Below are positions 52,663 through 55,428 of a stretch of 55,428 bases of DNA, one piece after another; the stretch's first letter is position 1; every line of letters begins with the position of its first letter. Position numbers and translations under genes: made by a program. The notes beneath the pieces were generated by a model, which ran no database searches, was not told the origin of the DNA, and saw only the letters and a program-made list of their open reading frames with translations. The stretch spans positions 1 through 55,428 of the forward strand of contig DATMBL010000011.1 in the NCBI GenBank assembly GCA_035559295.1, written 5' to 3'. Source of the stretch: Candidatus Eiseniibacteriota bacterium (GTDB lineage Bacteria; Desulfobacterota; Binatia; UBA9968).

Positions 52663-54126
52663 TCAGTCTCGCGGCGAAGACGGTAAAATCACCATGTTCT
52701 CGAGGGCATCCGCCAATAGCTGGCGCGTAATCCGCGGGGGTGTGCCGGCATAGTGACACGCCGCGATCACGTGTTCGGCGATAAACCTGGGATGGAAGCC
52801 GGCAAAGGGAAGTTTATATTTGACGTAAAAAGAATTCAGCAGATAGGCCATGATTTCCTCGGAGAACTCCAGACCGTACGAGGCGCAGATGCGCTGGAAA
52901 ATTTCGCGGAACTCGCGGACGGTGGGCGGTTCGATCTTGAGCTTGTAGTGAACGCGGCGGAGTTGCGCGGGATCCATCAACTCTTCAGGGGGAAAATTGG
53001 TGGCAAAAATCACCAGCTGATCGAATAACAATTCGATTTTCTTCCCGGTGTGCAGCGTCAGATAGTCGATCTTGCGTTCGAGAGGGAAAATCCACCGGTT
53101 GAGCAGATCGTTCGGTCGAACCCTTTGGCGCCCGAAGTCATCGATAATAAAAACACCGCCTATGGCTTTCATGTGCAGGGGCGCTTCGTAATACTTCGAA
53201 TAGGGATCGAAGTCGAGATCGAGCATTTCCAACGTGAGCTCACCGCCGGTAATGATCGCCGGCCGTTTGCATCGTACCCAGCGCGGGTCATATTCCGCCG
53301 GAGGAAGGAACATCGGATGCGGGGCGGCGCTCGCGCGATTGACGCCGCCGGGCGCCGGCATGTGAACCGCGGGATCGAAGAACTTGATGATTTGCCCGTC
53401 ATCGACAATCGCATGAGGAACGTAAACCGGCTGCTCGAAGGCCTCGGCAAGGCCCTGAGCGATCGACGTCTTTCCGTTTCCCGCCGCTCCGTAGATCAAA
53501 ATCGCTCTACCGGAGTTGGCCGCGGGCCCGAGCTTTCGGATGATGTCATCGGAAAGGACCAGGTGCGACAGCGCCTTGCGGAGCTTGTCCATGCCGATGA
53601 TTTCGTTCGTGATCGTCTGCTTCTGCACCTGCATCTGGTAAGACGCGAGCGAAACCGGCGCCGCGCCAATGTATTCGCAGCGCCGTAGCGCCTCGGCAGC
53701 GCGCGCCTTACCGGCGCTCGTCAGAGCGTAACGCATGATCGTGTGATTGTTTTCCAGCGGGCCTTTGATCTCGACCAGAGCGTCCTTCTTGGCGAACGTC
53801 AGCAGTTCTTCGACAACCGCGCGCGTGAGTTTGATTTGGTCCGAGAGCTCCGGAATCGTTTGCAGGCCGGAAACGTAGATGATGCGCAACAGGAGATTGG
53901 TCAGAAAGTTGAGCTCCAGGCCGGTGTCGGCGACGGTCTTCGGAATTGCCGGCGGCTCTTGGAGGATCGCGTCGAGCTTTTCCCGCGTCACGTAACCGAG
54001 AGCAACTAAATTGTCGCCGAGCCGCCCGCCGGCGATCTTCTGTTGTTGGAGAACCCGGTCGAGTTGCTCTCTCGTGATGACTTCTTTGGCTAACAAAAGT
54101 TCGCCTAGCGGCATAGTCGGGTCCAA
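52663..54126 (-). CDS. MshEN (T2SSE_N)-domain AAA-type ATPase
   Basis: The N-terminus has tandem 24-residue MshEN-like motifs separated by 5 residues. It has Walker A 'YGAAGNGKTS' and Walker B 'VFIIDDFGRQ'. There is a 6-nt gap to the downstream activator gene. Confidence 0.8.
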   Translation of the reverse strand: MDPTMPLGELLLAKEVITREQLDRVLQQQKIAGGRLGDNLVALGYVTREKLDAILQEPPAIPKTVADTGLELNFLTNLLLRIIYVSGLQTIPELSDQIKLTRAVVEELLTFAKKDALVEIKGPLENNHTIMRYALTSAGKARAAEALRRCEYIGAAPVSLASYQMQVQKQTITNEIIGMDKLRKALSHLVLSDDIIRKLGPAANSGRAILIYGAAGNGKTSIAQGLAEAFEQPVYVPHAIVDDGQIIKFFDPAVHMPAPGGVNRASAAPHPMFLPPAEYDPRWVRCKRPAIITGGELTLEMLDLDFDPYSKYYEAPLHMKAIGGVFIIDDFGRQRVRPNDLLNRWIFPLERKIDYLTLHTGKKIELLFDQLVIFATNFPPEELMDPAQLRRVHYKLKIEPPTVREFREIFQRICASYGLEFSEEIMAYLLNSFYVKYKLPFAGFHPRFIAEHVIAACHYAGTPPRITRQLLADALENMVILPSSPRD

Positions 54127-54245
54127 ACTTTTGATTGTTTTTGGGAGTTCGTGCGTTTATATTGACCAAAAAACTGTTTCATTATAGGTCGCACCGGAGT
54201 TGTGTCAAGGAAAGTTAAACCGCAACCGAGAGGTCACTAACAATT

Positions 54246-55428
54246 ATGCCTAGTTATCGAGCTTATTTGACAGTGTTAATTAACGCTCTACTGGTTTGGG
54301 CTTCCGGTTGTAGTACCCATGAGGACAGCGCCCGGCCAGGTGGTTCCGGGCTGATTGTGACGCCGCCGCATTACTACAGTACGACCAGGGCCCGATCCCT
54401 GGGTTCTCGCTACAAGCAGAATCTCGAGCGGATCGTTGAGAGTATCGTACGCAGTCCTGTCACGTCGGGCCTGCAGTTCGCCAACAACATCGCCGCGAAT
54501 GGAGGGATCGGGTTTTTCACCCATTCCGCAACGCGCGTTCCCGACGAGCGATTTTTGGAAGTGGTGCTCGGGGTGCCCGACACGTTCGATGCGAGTGAGC
54601 AGCATCGTTTGAAAACCCAGCGGGTGTTTGCCAAGTACGGTCCTGAATTGCTAACGATCCTGGCAAGCGATGCCGAGATCGCGAAAGATCCGGAAGTCGC
54701 GGGGTACGGCGTCAACCTGTCATGGCGCAGCATCGCGCGGGAGAGCGCAGGGCCGCGAGTGATACTGGAGCGCGCGGTCATTTATCTATCCAAAGATACC
54801 GTCCAACATTTTCTGCGGCGTGAGATTACCGAGGCGCAGCTACTCGAACGCTCGGCGACATTCGTCGCGCGCGGCGACGGCATCCTGCAACTCGTGTCCG
54901 GGCGTGCCGAAGCCCCCGCGGGCGATCGTCGTGCCGCGATCGCCGAGGAAACGATTTCGGAAAACAGCCTGCCCCAAGCCGCAGCGGTCGGGGAAAACCG
55001 GCCGTCGCCGGAGCAAGCGAGGTTATCGAAGGGAAGCCCGCCGGTTGCGGTCGAGACCACGACGGAAACGCATCGAGCGGTGGCGGAAAAGCCCCGCGTT
55101 CCCGAACCCGCTCCAGTGAAAAAGCCGCCGCTTGGCACCGCACGCGCGGGCGGCGCCAGCGCCGAAGTGACGCCAGACGTAGAACGCTCGCCCGGCCGCG
55201 AACGCACAGAGTCTGCGAGCGATCTTCGGGCGGAGCAGTCGGATCGACGGAAGGCAAGCCCCGATCACGGTCAGGTAACCCAAAAATCACTCGAGCCACG
55301 GCCCAGGCCGGGAGAGGCTCGCGAGTCGGAATCTTCCAAGCCTAACCACGAGGCGGTAATTTCTCGCCCCGCAGGCCGGGTTTCAGCGGCCGAGAAGACC
55401 GCAGTCCCCGACACGCCCGCGCCGGTGG
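54246..55428 (+). CDS. Lipoprotein, 3'-truncated by the window end (absent from the ORF track because it has no stop)
   Basis: I translated it by hand from the ATG at 54246 and found no stop through 55428. It has a signal and lipobox 'LLVWASGC'. A structured roughly 210-aa part is followed by a Pro/Ala/Glu/Arg-rich low-complexity tail. Confidence 0.6.
   Translation, partial: MPSYRAYLTVLINALLVWASGCSTHEDSARPGGSGLIVTPPHYYSTTRARSLGSRYKQNLERIVESIVRSPVTSGLQFANNIAANGGIGFFTHSATRVPDERFLEVVLGVPDTFDASEQHRLKTQRVFAKYGPELLTILASDAEIAKDPEVAGYGVNLSWRSIARESAGPRVILERAVIYLSKDTVQHFLRREITEAQLLERSATFVARGDGILQLVSGRAEAPAGDRRAAIAEETISENSLPQAAAVGENRPSPEQARLSKGSPPVAVETTTETHRAVAEKPRVPEPAPVKKPPLGTARAGGASAEVTPDVERSPGRERTESASDLRAEQSDRRKASPDHGQVTQKSLEPRPRPGEARESESSKPNHEAVISRPAGRVSAAEKTAVPDTPAPV

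Noticed and set aside
54111-54125. A minus-strand match, TGGACC-N5-ATGC, to the GG-N10-GC pattern.
   Set aside because: It overlaps the start codon of the MshEN-ATPase gene itself, so it cannot serve as that gene's promoter. The -24 box is also poor.
1-55428. CRISPR arrays, rRNA or tRNA genes, and classic defence systems.
   Set aside because: No short regularly spaced repeats, no tRNA-like cloverleaf candidates in the intergenic regions I read, and no nuclease, methylase or cas-like proteins appear among the ORF translations. Covariance-model scans were not possible here.

Overview
This is a 55.4-kb chromosomal window from a moderately GC-rich diderm bacterium, judged from a Pal lipoprotein, a secretin, lipoboxes and a secA-argJ housekeeping core. 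By eye I saw no rRNA, tRNA, CRISPR array, transposase or integrase.

Layout:
(i) 0.26-7.75 kb: a minus-strand, visibly lower-GC glycan-modification island. It holds a CmoB-like methyltransferase, four sulfotransferase-type genes including a tandem paralog pair, and 2-3 glycosyltransferases.
(ii) 8-23 kb: envelope and housekeeping genes. These are pal, an alpha/beta hydrolase, a C26 amidotransferase, a frameshifted Slt-type lytic transglycosylase, CoxG-like, GT2, an SplB-like radical SAM enzyme, SecA with a roughly 280-codon variable-region insert, ArgJ and a UDP-sugar dehydrogenase.
(iii) 23-34.6 kb: a signalling block. It contains two sigma-54 response regulators flanking a soluble PAS kinase, a GT-C-like membrane protein, an output-less TM-sensor-HAMP protein, a degenerate-GGDEF/EAL protein, a histidine kinase and a REC-GGDEF cyclase.
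(iv) 35-45.5 kb: a core Tad/Flp pilus locus (flp-cpaA-cpaB-cpaC-cpaE-cpaF-tadB-tadC) behind a sigma-54-type promoter. It is followed by DUF192, a squalene-cyclase-repeat protein and a Tat-exported DUF362 protein.
(v) 45.7-54.1 kb: eight co-directional minus-strand genes. The first three are an MshEN-domain AAA ATPase, a sigma-54 activator and a retropepsin-like protease. A near-consensus sigma-54 promoter then precedes a five-gene module of unknown function: a Pro-rich TM protein with a duplicated DQRL..LIKDYGE motif, a small coiled-coil protein, a DUF4388 protein, a second output-less HAMP paralog, and an NMT1-type binding protein fused to LysM.

Block (v) is my best candidate for an undescribed, c-di-GMP- and sigma-54-wired envelope system. 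All functional calls rest on motifs read by eye from the ORF translations and need HMM or structure confirmation.
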